Shown here: in pieces, positions 25,932-39,200 of the stretch
Layout of the letters: each line of letters begins with the position of its first letter
How positions within the stretch are numbered: the stretch's first letter is position 1
Assembly: GCA_040954595.2 (NCBI GenBank)
Contig: CM082584.2
Span: forward strand, 11,560,552 to 11,624,551
Direction: 5' to 3'
Length of the DNA stretch: 64,000 bases
Origin: Balanoglossus misakiensis
Taxonomy: Eukaryota > Animalia > Hemichordata
Made by a program: the position numbers and the translations under genes
Notes under the pieces: generated by a model
What the model saw: only the letters and a program-made list of their open reading frames with translations
Database searches by the model: none
What the model was told of the DNA's origin: nothing

Positions 25932-26110
25932 TAATTTTAACATGATTGTTGTTATTCTGATGTTGCCTTCAGACAGGGAGAATTTTCATTCATGATTCAG
26001 TATTTAAGAAATTTAATCGTAACATTCAATTGATAAAAAATAATTTTAACATGATTGCTGCTGTCATAATGTTGCCTTTAGAAAGGGAGAATTTCAATTC
26101 ATTATTTCAG
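25932..26110. repeat. Imperfect tandem duplication (~70-nt unit, ~109-nt spacing) just downstream of the OMA1 stop
   Basis: TAATTTTAACATGATTG...ATGTTGCCTT.AGA.AGGGAGAATTT starts at both 25932 and 26041. Confidence 0.8.
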
Positions 26111-26143
26111 AAATATGATGACAACACTCATTCGATTTCAGAT

Positions 26144-28631
26144 TTAAAAATTTGTTCCCATTCTGACAGCAGCTCCAGGTGGCGACGCCACTGCATTTTC
26201 ACTTTGCATTGTTTTGATGTGAGATCTCAATTTCTTCACCATTTCCCTCGGATCTTTCGACGTCAGATCAGGACACTTGCATTCGGCACGCATCTTGATG
26301 GCCTGAAAAAAGAACATCATAAATGTAAATGTTTTAATTTAAGTTTGTCAGAGATACAAGAAAGCAAGTTCTAAGTTGGAACACACACACATCCCAAAAA
26401 CTTTACACACTGACCTCTGCCCTTAGCAACAGGGCTTGGCAAACTGCCCAAAACCTACCTCTGGTATGAGCTGGTCTAAGTAGTCAGCTCTGGTCTGGTG
26501 ACTTGGATGTGTCGATAGGAATTCTATATTCCCTGCTGTGCCTTCTGCAACACTTTCTAGCGCCATACACTCCCAGAATGCACTGCTCTCCCTCACATCA
26601 AAGCAAGCCTAGAATGGGGTCAAAGTTCATTTCCAGGTAAATTACCTGGTGATTCTTTTGTGGTAGGTGAATAAATGCAAGTTTTATCTCTCCATATTCT
26701 GGCATGTTAACATATATATTGACAGAGCGAGAAGTTGGGATGCACAACAGCGAGCTAAAACAAATGAACTGAACTTTAACTGAACTGGAAACCAGTCTCC
26801 ACGAAACATTTCTGATGTGGACGCATTTCAGTTTGCTTGAATGGAATTAACTACATTTAAAAACAAGATCATAGCCGCTTACCCTGGCTGACAGCTGCAG
26901 ACCAACATCGTCTGCTTCTGTTTCTAACTGTCTGCTGTATGGCATTGAGAGTAAAATCTGTAGAGAGTCAAAAAGACAGAGTAAAACCATTTGGTTCATG
27001 TGAAGATAAACAAGGCAATGACACAGTCGTAACATCGAATCTCTCTCTCCACGCAGATGAACAAACTCACCTGTATGACTCTGTTCTTGAACCACTGGGC
27101 CACCAATGCAATGCCGTCGTTTGGCAGAAATGCCCAAATTGCAGCAAGCAGAATGATGGACAGGCCATCAACCAATTCACCAAAACTGATCTGCTCCGCC
27201 TGAAAAAAAAATCAAGATATGGTTACAGTCTATTCATATTAACAACCACATTGTTTGCAATGATGTAGCAGTCACACTTTGGGCCTGTGTGCCTTGCTAA
27301 CAACTGTGTCATAATGGTAACCATACCCATAGCCACAATTGTCACCACCCCTCCCACCCTTTACATAAGATTCAAAACAGGCTTACCGCATGCCCTAACA
27401 ACACATGGGCAATCTCATGGCCAAGTATAATCCCAAGCTGGTCTTCATTGAGTACTGTTTTTAAGATTCCAGTGAAGACAAAGATTTCACCATTCTGAAA
27501 ATGACAAAAAAATAAAGGGGTGTAGTGTACCCACTCCTTGACTTGTGTACTCCAGGACTAGGAAAGTCTTAAGATTAACATGTATTTCAGTTTGCATGTC
27601 AAGTACATGTATACTATACTTACTGGCAACACAAATGCATTTTTCTCTGGCTCATCAACAATGTGCACAGTCCAATTCTTGCCTCGAAGTTCAGGCATTT
27701 CTTTGTTAGCTTCTAGTATTCGCTCTACTACCCCGACAACCATGTCGTAGACTGGATGCTCAGGTAACAGCATGGCATCTTGGTACTTTTCAACAAACTG
27801 AGAAAATAGAAAGAGAAATTTATGTACAGGTTATTAGTTTTTAATTAATCAGAAGACTACATTGTAAGTGGTGCAAAGTAATTTCATAGGAGTTACGATG
27901 AGCTGTCAACTCACTTGTTTGTACTCTTCTCCAGCTATCTCACTGAACTGTTTCTTGGTGAATGCAACAAACCGCGTTCTGTGTGTTATCGGCGTGGTCT
28001 CCAGGTGGCTCACGTAATACAAACAGAGGACAGTGCAAAAGCCACCGGTGAAAATGATGATTTTTCTCTTGTTCTTCTGCAGCAAAAGTAGAAAAACTTC
28101 TCTCTTCTGGTTGGGTAGGGACTGCCACCATTTTCTGAAGGCCCTGGAATTGGCAAAAAGTTATATTTACATTCAGAAGTTGGCCGTGGAAACGCAGCCG
28201 TACCGTTGGGGGAGGAGATGCTGGTTACCCCACGGACAGCTGTGGTCCAACTCTTATTCTAAACGTGCAGTTTCATCGAGACACAAATAGTAATTCAGTG
28301 TCTATCCCACTCACCTTCCACTGATGACAGCAGTCAACTTAGCAAGTGGCTTGGCCACCAGCCAGGCAAATATTGGTACACAGCGTCTGGGTGATGTTTG
28401 GAAGTCCCTCCTGATGATCCTCTTTCCATTTTGTGGAATATTGCATCTTTGAAACTTGGGGAAATTGTTTGGTTGGGTGAACTTGTGGTTGCTATGGTTG
28501 TATTGAAATCGGCTGGCACAGAATGTCCTGATTGGGGGCGTTTTCTGCAAGCCACTTGTCAGGAGGGGGGTGTTGGCACTAACTCCCCGTATAAAATGTT
28601 TGTAGACTGTAGAAATCAGCATATTTGCCAT
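26144..28631 (-). CDS. OMA1: Mitochondrial inner-membrane metalloendopeptidase OMA1 (peptidase M48), 446 aa
   Basis: Exons 28631-28315, 28143-27915, 27797-27624, 27494-27387, 27199-27071, 26957-26883, 26608-26459, 26302-26144 (1341 nt). Arg-rich, acid-poor transit peptide. Motifs HLETTPITHRTRF, NAFVLPNGEIFVFTG, zinc-binding GHEIAH, PYSRQLETEADDVGLQLSARACFD and FLSTHPSH. Confidence 0.95.
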
Positions 28632-30221
28632 GTATTTGTAGACACTAAAAACTTTTCAGTTGCAACTTGATGTCAAAACTGGCATTTGGGTTTTGTAAGT
28701 TTGACCACTGGACAACAACAGTCCATCCACAGTATGTACGTATTGCTATTGGCCGTTTCGTTCACGGTTCAGTCTCCAACTTTGTCATATTGAGCGTTAG
28801 TTATATACTAAAAGTCAGGATAAATCAAAATTTTCCTACTATTGCATTTATCAATGGCACAAGACGCCACTGCAGGTATGTACATACCCGGAAGCCGGTT
28901 CAGTTTCTTCAAGGTTGAGCTGACCTGGAGCTGACCCAATATGACCTGAGCAAAAGCATGTCACGAAGTGCGCCCCCTTACATTGAATGAATAAAAACAA
29001 ACGCGCTGATATTTTTAGACACAGAGAACGCTTACAAATAAAAGTTCGGAAACAAAAATCGTTTAATATAATGTGTATAGCAATTAAATTAATCACTGAA
29101 TTATGAATAGAATGTGAGGAAATAATCGTGGCAGTGTTTCAGAAAGCACCTGTCTGACAATTACTTGAGAAAATTGGATAGACTTGCTTACACATGCAGT
29201 GTTGATTTCCACTCCTGTCAAATCAATAAAACGTGTGAATGTGCGGAATGGAGAAAATGCAAATCATGTACGAAAATTCAAATCACTGTTCTTCTAATGG
29301 TTCATTTGTATTTCTCTGCGTAGACTTCATGGTGGCAGTCTTGCAAGTGACAAAGAAATTCCGCCAAAAAAAAAAAATCGTGACCCTTCATCTTTTTCTC
29401 TGGAAGAGAGAATAATCTAATAATGAAATACAAAACAACTTTTCATCTCAAATGATCAAGTGATATGAAATAAAAACTATTGGGATATCTGTTTGTGGGA
29501 CGACTTGAACTCTATGACAGCACTATTACCTCGACCTTAGGGTTAGGCCTTTAGGCTTCATACATGAATTGGAATATTTAAGTATCAACTTCCCGTAATG
29601 AATATTTAAAATTTAATGAATATTTGCAACATCGATAAGCTGATAAGCATATGACTTTTATTGTCAAACTGTTTGTCAAAGCTAGAACAGGTGTTTTGGG
29701 AAAAAATAATACATTAATTTTCTCTTTTCAAGTGTAAACTTTTGACAGTGTGGTTGGTGTATTTTTATTACATGTATCTTCCTTTATAAATAATGAGCTG
29801 TTTCTCCCACCTGACAACTAGTAATTCACTCAGAACTGATAACTTTCACCAAGGCTATCAAATGTTTCTGACATGTCATGGTAAAAAAAATTAATTCAGT
29901 CACTTCATTAAAATTTATGTAAATAATGGTAATAAAATGTGATGATTGGGTCTTAAAAGATAAAAGTGTATAATTGGGTACTTTTGGGCTCTACAGGATG
30001 GTTATCATGGCGACAACACCAGTGTGAGCTTCCAGTTTTGCTTTCCCAGTGTACGACACTTTTTGCTCACAATGTTTACAGGTGTGTCCAGGTTCTGAAT
30101 GTGACTATGACAACTTTCATCACACACCCAGAACCTCTGAGGTCCCGTGTGACTCCACTGGTCAGGGATAACAACAGGCTTTCAGAGTTGGGCACTTGAG
30201 ATAGTTTGGGCTGTTTTGTTC

Positions 30222-33200
30222 TCAGTCTATCTTGGCTGTTCTCGGGCGTGGCCCCCCTTCTGAACAGAACAGCAAAGAATCAGCAAAAGTAAAGAAGGCA
30301 CCTAAACTCTACATCTGATTTTCATCTGGGATACAAATGAGCTAATTAGTATTCACAGATGGCATCAGGCAGGATCAGTAGATGACAGATTACACATACA
30401 TATCAGATACGCACATGAATGCTTCAATGTGTCCAGAAAATACTCAGTGATTTCAATCACACATGGTAATGAGACTTGCTCTGAATTATTGATGGAGTGT
30501 ACACATTTATAATGGTCATCAGTGAAGATCTATGCATAATTAATTCAAGTGTTTTACTCATAATTGATATGCATTACAACATGTCTTTAATGGTTGTCTG
30601 AAGAACTTTCAAACTAGTTTGGCATGAGACCAAGATTGATCATGGTGGCATGGCCGTTTACTTTTGCTGATAACCTGAATTGTCCATTTAATCCTTAAAA
30701 GGGTTTTTGATCTCGGGTGAGTGTCTTAGTCCAGCTGAAGCGGGAGGTCTAAAATTTCAGTTCAATAATATTTGCAGTGATTGAAATTAATATCGCAGGA
30801 TACATACTGATAAATGGGAAACAAAGTATGAATAGTCATCAGGTCTGGGATTTATTTGTTTCCGGACGAGTGAGACAAAAAAGCTATTTCTGACATAAAT
30901 TGAGGAAAATGTAAAAAATATAGGGCACACACAGCAGGGATTAAATAACTGATACCACACTGAAAATTGATTGCAACAGTTGAAAACTTTTATTTACACA
31001 CAATGAACTGTTACAAAAGAACTATGCAAATGATTTGAAGTCAAAGGTCATCTGATGTCATATATAATGATTGATGGGGGTTGACTGATGTCAGGGGTAC
31101 ACACAATTGACAATGGACTGACTCCAAAATTAGTCAAGTTCTGTTTGTCCAATTAGATATAAATTTCCTTTAGTATCTTGTACATAAAGATTATGGTCAA
31201 GCTACGACGACCTTACAAACTGCTTCTGCTAGAAGAAACACACAAGGCTAAACTATGTACACAAAAACAGCTTATCAAGCTATTTAACAAAGCAGCATAT
31301 ATATAGCTAGTTGACAAAATCAACTCCCACAAAAAATATATACACATTTATTTACATGGTAAATATATTTTTCATAGAAAGGTAGTGGGGCAGAGATCGA
31401 TCCTCTTGTGACAACTTGGTATGATCCATTGTTGTCAGTGGCACAGGTGGAACCATTTATGGGGGAAAGGGGTGAATGCAGTTGCGAGTTTGTCTGCCAA
31501 CTTCTGCATTAACTGGAGCTTTGATTCTAAATATTGCAACTCAGCTGTTGGATGAAAGGTGTTCGGCAAACCCCTTCGAAATGTCAACGATGTATTTCTA
31601 CGTCACTGGCACATAAACAAACAGGTATAAGATTTTCTGAAAACCTGTTTTACTCCGAAAAAGAAGAACAAAGCCTTCACCTCATCTAGTGGCACAAAAG
31701 TAAATTTCAAAAATGACTGGGTGACTTTTCTGTCAAGTCTACACTTCTCCTGTCCTTCTCCAACTTGGGTGTTACCCTGTATTGGTTCTGAAATTATGGT
31801 ATGGCTTAGAATGCAACGCTGAGTACTGGATACTATGTGTCTCCACACGGCATCAGGTCAGTCACCCCCTGACACTTACTGCCAGGTGGTTTATACACAC
31901 TAGTTAGTGCTGGCATTCGGGCTAGGTGCCCAGGGGGTGGATGTCCTAGAGCCCTTCATAGACACTGGTTCTCAGTTCTGGTTTCTCAACACATTTCAAT
32001 GCACATACTGACTGGTCCTGAGACCACTTTGCATGCTCGCTACACGAATGTCTGACACATCAACTGACACTAGTAACGCCGGTCTCTCTGCTCCCTGTGT
32101 TGCATTCTGAAATGAATCCCGGTGTCGCTATCGCTGCCTCGTTGCCAGGAGTAACCAGAGACTCGTCCGTTTCCTTCCATGGCCACACCCGATCTCGACA
32201 CCTGCTTGCCGTTGTCTTGAAGTCGATCTCTGCGGGCTCTAAGTGTCTTCTCTTGCCCCTAAGAGAGACAACAGAGAACAAATCCAAGTTCAATATTATT
32301 TTTATTAATTGATGGAGAAAATAATAAAAAATTACTAAATATATAAACTTTCAAAACTACGCTCTGTGTTTCTGAGGTACTGATCAATAACACTTGAGTT
32401 TTTGACATACATACATACATACAGACACACACACAACATACATATTTTAAAGTGAGGCTCTTTTCTCAAAGTCAAACAATGTCAAAAGAGACAGAGAGAG
32501 TGACTCTTTAATCTACATACTAATTGGAAAGGAGCGAACAGTGCTCTGGAAATTAATCGCCATGACATTTTGCAAATTCATATCATAAACGATTTCTGCG
32601 ATAACAGTCAAGCCTGGCGATAAAATGCAAATTTGAGAAATTATCATCTGTACAAATATATATCCTTGGTGGAAGCTAAATTAGAGCTTATGCAAATATG
32701 GGCCTGATGTACATTTATTTTACAAAAGTATGTTGATTTGGAGATAAGCGTTGGAAATGGGTGGATTTAAATTGAAATGTCATTGGATGTTGATATCATT
32801 ATACCCGTTCTTTCTCTCTCTCTCTCCGATTAAAGATGTTATTGTAATGTAACCATTATATATCTATTCAACAAACCAAACAGGAAGATAGCTCACACTG
32901 ATCATGTGTGTCTACATAGAGCAGTGATGATTTCCCCCCGACTGAGATACCAGCAGAGTTCCGTATGAGAAATCAAACCCTAATTTCCGTTTCTAAATTT
33001 GGTTAGCGATCAATTGATGTAAACTGCTGGTTTTGTTTCGGGATAAAAGAGGTGATGGTTTGCAGTCCCTGTCGGCTTCTACCCCCAACACAAGAACTGA
33101 TGGAGTGGGACAAACATAATACATAGATCAGTTGGAAAGTCCTATTCACAATTCACCCCTGCCCACCCCTTGAACATGGTGCAATCCTATTGTTTATAGT

Positions 33201-36200
33201 GGTATGATTGGACCAACATACACAGAAATGGGATGAACGAGTCAGTGGTCTAGACAGTCATTAACATTGTGTCATCTTTACAAATTATATTTGAGTTTAT
33301 TTTTATATTTCAAGTTATTTATACCATACTGCTTAATGAAAGATATTCAATTTGTCATAAAGTAGACCTTTGCCCATACATGTTACATACTAACGCTTCT
33401 GGCAGACACATGATGTGACCAAACCTTCCTTCCGGTATAAAATAATGACATCATCGAGATAAAAAATGCCAGTATGTACTATATATGTACTACGAATTAG
33501 CACAACGGCCACAAGATTGACATTTTAGCATTTCTCATCATGCAAAATGACATGCACGACTTCCTATATGATAAATGAAAATAACTTCTCATAAAAACAA
33601 AAATTATCAAAATCAACATCAGAAAATGGGGTGTTAGCAACCTAAATAAACAGCTACAGTTTTATTACCATTGAGTTGATGAAACATTAAGTGTGGGCCA
33701 AAGTTGAAGTGAGCATTCCATCAATTTTATGCTTTCAAAAAAATGACTGAGATGACCTGGTGGTCTAAACAACGTGCCACCTATCTGAGTCTCATTTGAT
33801 AACAGGAAAGCTCCCTAGGTGACTGGGTAATACCTGAGTTAGTTCCCGAGCAAACCCTTCCAAAATGTGACACACTCACACACACAGACACCAATGTGAT
33901 TCACTGTGATTATGACAGAGTCAAGATAAAAACATAAATGTCGAAGACCATGGTATCATAGTGACCTGCTGTTAACTATTGTCAAACAGCAAGACATATA
34001 CACACGTGACATGTTAGTGTGACCTGCTGTGATGGTCACAACACCTGCACCCCTGGCAGTCACATGATTGTGACCTGCTGTGTGACAGATAAATCAGTAT
34101 CAGGGTGCTGAGACACTGCCCTGTACAGGCTGTACTTACTTTTAATACAGCTAAGGCTGCACTAGAGTTTTGTCAGAAACCTAGGAAACAGGCACACCAA
34201 CAATTTTAATCTCACAGCAATATACCTGTGAGGAGCCATTTCAGTTCAGTATTTCCTGGGCCATGATGGCGCCTATACACAGCAACAGCACACGCAAAGC
34301 ATCATTCTCTTAGATGTCATCGTCAGCGTAAAATTGGGCATGTGGTGTAGCGGATTCTGTTGTGTGTGAAACCTATGTGAGATTCTGATTGTGGGTGTAC
34401 TTATGCAGGAAAACACTGCCACAAAGTGCTGTGTAATGTGATGACGTGATGTGATGAGATGTGATGTGTAACATCCAACTCAAAACAGTGCATACACATT
34501 TGTGACTGAACACACACACACCACATATGATGCACACGAAATAGATTTGAGTCTAATTGTCAGGAAAGAAAACTGTGCTATGAAACTACATGATTGTGTG
34601 TTTAAAAACCAGTGCTGCCCATTCAAAATTTTACTGCCCTGTAAATATTTTGCCAGAGTTTGACGCACACAAGTGACAACACTGGTGTTTTTGACTTGAG
34701 AACAGATATCAACACCAGGAAGCACGATGCGAATCTTTTTCTCTTAAGACATGATACAAAATTCACTTTCTCTTCTTTTTTTCCACCAATATCAAATTTC
34801 AAAAACCGACCGACGTGGAACTTGATCATGACAGTATCATATTTTTTTTCGGTGTCTGAGAAAATGTGGCAACTGGCTGGAGACATGAAAGTGAAATAAT
34901 TCACTGGTGCGGATGACGACAGATTTGAAGAGGGGCTCAATCTGAGTACGTCACGCCAGGAAATTCAAGACGATAACAAGAAGATTCCCCGACAATAACG
35001 CTTGTGCAGAGCTATAAATAATGCAATGTGTGGTGATGGAACAGAAGAGAGAGATCGCTGAGTGAATGAGCAGAGAGTAAAAGTTGATAAAAGCCAGCTA
35101 TCAAAAGTTTACCCGCATTAATTAAAATTAACAAGAAGCTTGAAAAAGGCGTGCGTGCACACTCCACTAAACTTGCAATGAACACAATATGCAAGCATGC
35201 ATCTACCACATACCAAACAGCAACACCATCACCACTTAGAAGATTTTTGTCGCCCCTTTTTTTACCTTCAGAAGAATCGCTGGCATGAGGTCGTGAAGAT
35301 CGGCGCATGTTAGTGGATGAACGACGTGAATTTACCCATTCTCTACGGCGCTGAATCTTATCTCTGACCTGGATATGTACAATGATTGACAATGCCATAC
35401 AAACATTTTAAACACATAACAGAATATTATTTACAATTACAATGTTACACGCACACAAATTACTTAGCCAGAGACCGCTCCCAACATGCACTGTCTGAGT
35501 TCTTAAGTGTTCCAGCACTGAGCAATTTATAATGTGGTGCATCCGTTTTTAACGAAAAGGAAGGAAATATTGTTTGACAGGAACATTTAATTGAACTAAA
35601 TCTAATATTATGCAGAAACAGAGTGACACACAAGGAAAACACACACACATATTTTACTACAACACAAGGTCTACAAGTTGGTGAAATGGCCACAATATAA
35701 AGGATATATGGGAATGGGGGTGGAAGGGTTCAGTCAGAGGAGGGTGTACTTTACCTGCTGCATATTGATGCTTGCTGCTGGTTTGGGGGTGATCAGGGAC
35801 GTCAGCTTGTAATAATCGAGGAAAGTTTTGGCTAAGTTCCGACCCAGTTTCAAATCTACATCATTCAGTTAAAGAAACAACCATAAAGCCATTGGTGCAA
35901 ACTGGCACTTGTATTACTATTCTTTTAGAAAACACACATCATTTTTTGTTCCTATCTACCCACTACTTAGAAGTTGGGTCTGATGTGATCATTGCACACA
36001 ATAGGGGAGACCGCTCCATTATGCCTGGGAGGTAAGCCAGAGACTTGTCAGAGGGGCATTGCATTGTGAAAAAAGGATACATCCTTCCTCAGTGTAAGGC
36101 AGCACAGCAGTGGTGGTACTTGTAGTGTAACAGAAGAAGGAGACTTCTAGCGTGTAACAGTGAGAGCTCTCGTCCAGAATCCCGCCGAGGAATCGACGTG

Positions 36201-39200
36201 CAGTGCCTGCTTTCACCGCATCACGGTTGAAAGATGTATTACCCTGCAAAAGTGAAAATGTAATGAGATCATGATGTTTTTGTGTCAGTTATTTACACCT
36301 GTAGAACAACAGTGACGGTCTGATATACAGTCCCCATCAGACATCAACATCTTTGTTACCCACAATGCAATGCTTTGGGTCATTGAGAGTATACACACTG
36401 CACACACACACACACACATACACACAGTCTTACCATTGAGAAGTCTTCTGCATTTGCACATAATAACTTGGGAAAGATCGCCTGTCTTTCATATCTGTCC
36501 ATGTCATCGTAGACATTGCCATACATGAAGCCATTCATCAAGGTGGAATGTGCGTGCAAGTCAATGTAAAAATCTAAGTCGGTTTTCTGAAGAAGAAGAA
36601 AAAACATGACATTTTAAAATGGGTAAAATTGACATAACTGTTCCATTTTTATATTAAAAAATAACCTTGTGCTCGTCTGTACAATTAAGTATCAAAATGG
36701 TCTAGACATCTTAGTCGTGTTAAAATGTCACTGAACACTGACACAGGAAACCAGTATATGTCAGCGATCTATATTTCACAAAAATTTGAATAAAGGGGAG
36801 GAAAGGTTGCTTGAATCCTAGACAACAGCGTCCAAGGTCTATGCTTGGATCCAAACTGTACAGGGTTCTCCCCAACTTCGTACAGCAGGCTACTACTTAC
36901 AGGGTCTGAGTCCACCTCCATGAGTAGCTGTTTACAAGCATGGAGGGTGGGATGTGCCCATGGTGACGGCTCTTGCCAATGCCGGTTCAGATCAAATCCC
37001 ATCAGGGAACACCTGTCAGAGAGAGAGAACACAATGAGTACACAGATACCTTCAGAATTCTCATCAAAACCGAATCAATAACTCACTGGCAGTGTTAGTA
37101 TTTATAATTCATTATTCAGATGTAGTCAATTGATGAAGCTATTTACTACTGATGACATGAAAAGTCCTCCCTTGATATAATCTCCCTCCCCTCTCTCTCT
37201 CTCCATCACACAGACAAACACGCATCTCTCATGGGAACAAGTTATAACAAATTTAACAGAGTCACAGAATGACAATTTCTCATTCAGGATGCCCTGTTGG
37301 AAACTTTCAATTCTTGATTTTCTTTCAGAACGTTCAACAGCCCAAAGGGTATGAGCATCTGTAGTCTCTAGATAATGACCAAAAACGGAAAAAGTCGAGA
37401 GCATATTAAGATCTTGGTGAACCCAGTACAGGTGCTTTACGTCACAAAGCAAAGTTTACAAATTTGGGAAAATTATGTCAAACAGAGGACACGCTTTGTT
37501 GTTGCTGGAGGTTAGACAAATGACAATAATTAATCACGATGACGGAACTCTCTCAGAACTCTCGTACTTTGGAAGTGCTGGGACGATGCCAGTAACCGTA
37601 GCAACTCTTAGCTGTAGCCGACCCCTGCCAATCAACCACTTTGCAAAAACGCTACAGACTCACACATGACTGCAACTCCAGGAAGATAGAGTCTGGGTGC
37701 TTTATGCTAAATTACACAGAATCATGTCATAGTACTATCAATACACGCTGCATTTATGTTTTGGGGGAAATAGCTTTTTATGTCATTCTCTGGAAGGCAA
37801 ACAGATTAATTCATTATCAGAGGAGGGCATAATTTGAATGCGACTCTGTCGTCAGAAAGGAGTGTTATTTTTACCATACAGGGTAATTGTAATGGGTGTA
37901 TCTTTAACAAACAAAAGAACAAATGTGCCTTTGTTACAGTGGATGGCAAAACCTGCAGCATATGGTTGATCTGAAACTACAGCTCAACAAGAAACACTGG
38001 CCCGTATCAATCTTGGAAACCAAACTGGAGGCGGCAACAAACAGGTATGGATTCACAGTCACCCGCACATCCACATTCAACACAACACTTAATTAAAAAT
38101 GCAATTAACGAAGAAACAGCAAGCATAGCATATCACTCGTAAACTGCCCACGTTTATTTACGAGGCTGACAAACATGAAGCAAGTAAATTGTAGGTTTCC
38201 ACAGCCGTGCAAAACTGATCTATTTATGGCAAGTTAAGAGTAATATCAACTGGTCATAGATTGTGCATACATTAAAATATTTTGAAAGCCATACAAGGTG
38301 ACAGCAATGACAACTACACTCCATCATTCTGACCTACTTCTTGCAGAATTTTCTGAACCGTGGACGGCCGTAAAAATTTTGCATCATTGTATTTCACAGA
38401 ATTTTCAAAATTTACCTACTAGATCTTTTGGATTAGGCTCACTTGTACTTTGACTTTCCTATAAGTAAACCTCATGGAGGTAAAATTTCCTCACACTCAA
38501 CAAATTGCCGTAATTGTATTCACGAATCCTTCCTGTTGGTAGACTCATATGGCATCACATCTCTTTATAAACATGTTATGATCTTAATTTAGATCCAAAG
38601 AAAACAATGAAAACATATCATGTCCTACTCTGAAAACGGTGACAAAAAAGAAATTCAAATTTTCCATTCAAAGCATGAGAAGAAAAAACAACCTTAATTT
38701 TGGCCAATGACATGTTTTTTGTCGGATCTCATGAATACAGTGTTTTATATACGTCACACCTCTGTTGCACATGAATACATAAATTATATTTCATATATCA
38801 GGTGGAACGCTTCTCATATATCAATTTTCTGTGAATTATAAGCATGATCAAATTTTATCAAGGTACATTTCTAGACTTGCAAGGTAACCTGACATTAATG
38901 ACATTAAAATTGATTGCAGTAACGTCTACCAGCCATAAATAACGACAATCGTGTGCTATTAATACAGAAGTTATAATTGATTTTAATTTCTGAGGCATGC
39001 TAAATGGTGTTATTTTAATATCAAGCCTGCTGAATGGACAACATGTGAACTTGCAATAACACACTGCTTTTCTTCGGTCAGTTTTTTTCCTTCGTTTAGC
39101 AAAATATGCATTTACTGGCCGATGTGGGATATGTATGCACCAGAACAGCCATTTGCCACAAATCTGGACTGCAAATGGTACAATAACCCCCCAGGGGGCA

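Noticed and set aside
29537-29556. TTAGGGTTAGG telomere-like repeat
   Set aside because: Fewer than two full units in AT-rich intergenic DNA, consistent with chance or a repeat remnant.
35699-35707. Second U12-like 5' motif ATATCCTTT on the minus strand
   Set aside because: It lies inside an intron that already has a frame-consistent GT donor at 35754, and I found no matching AC acceptor.
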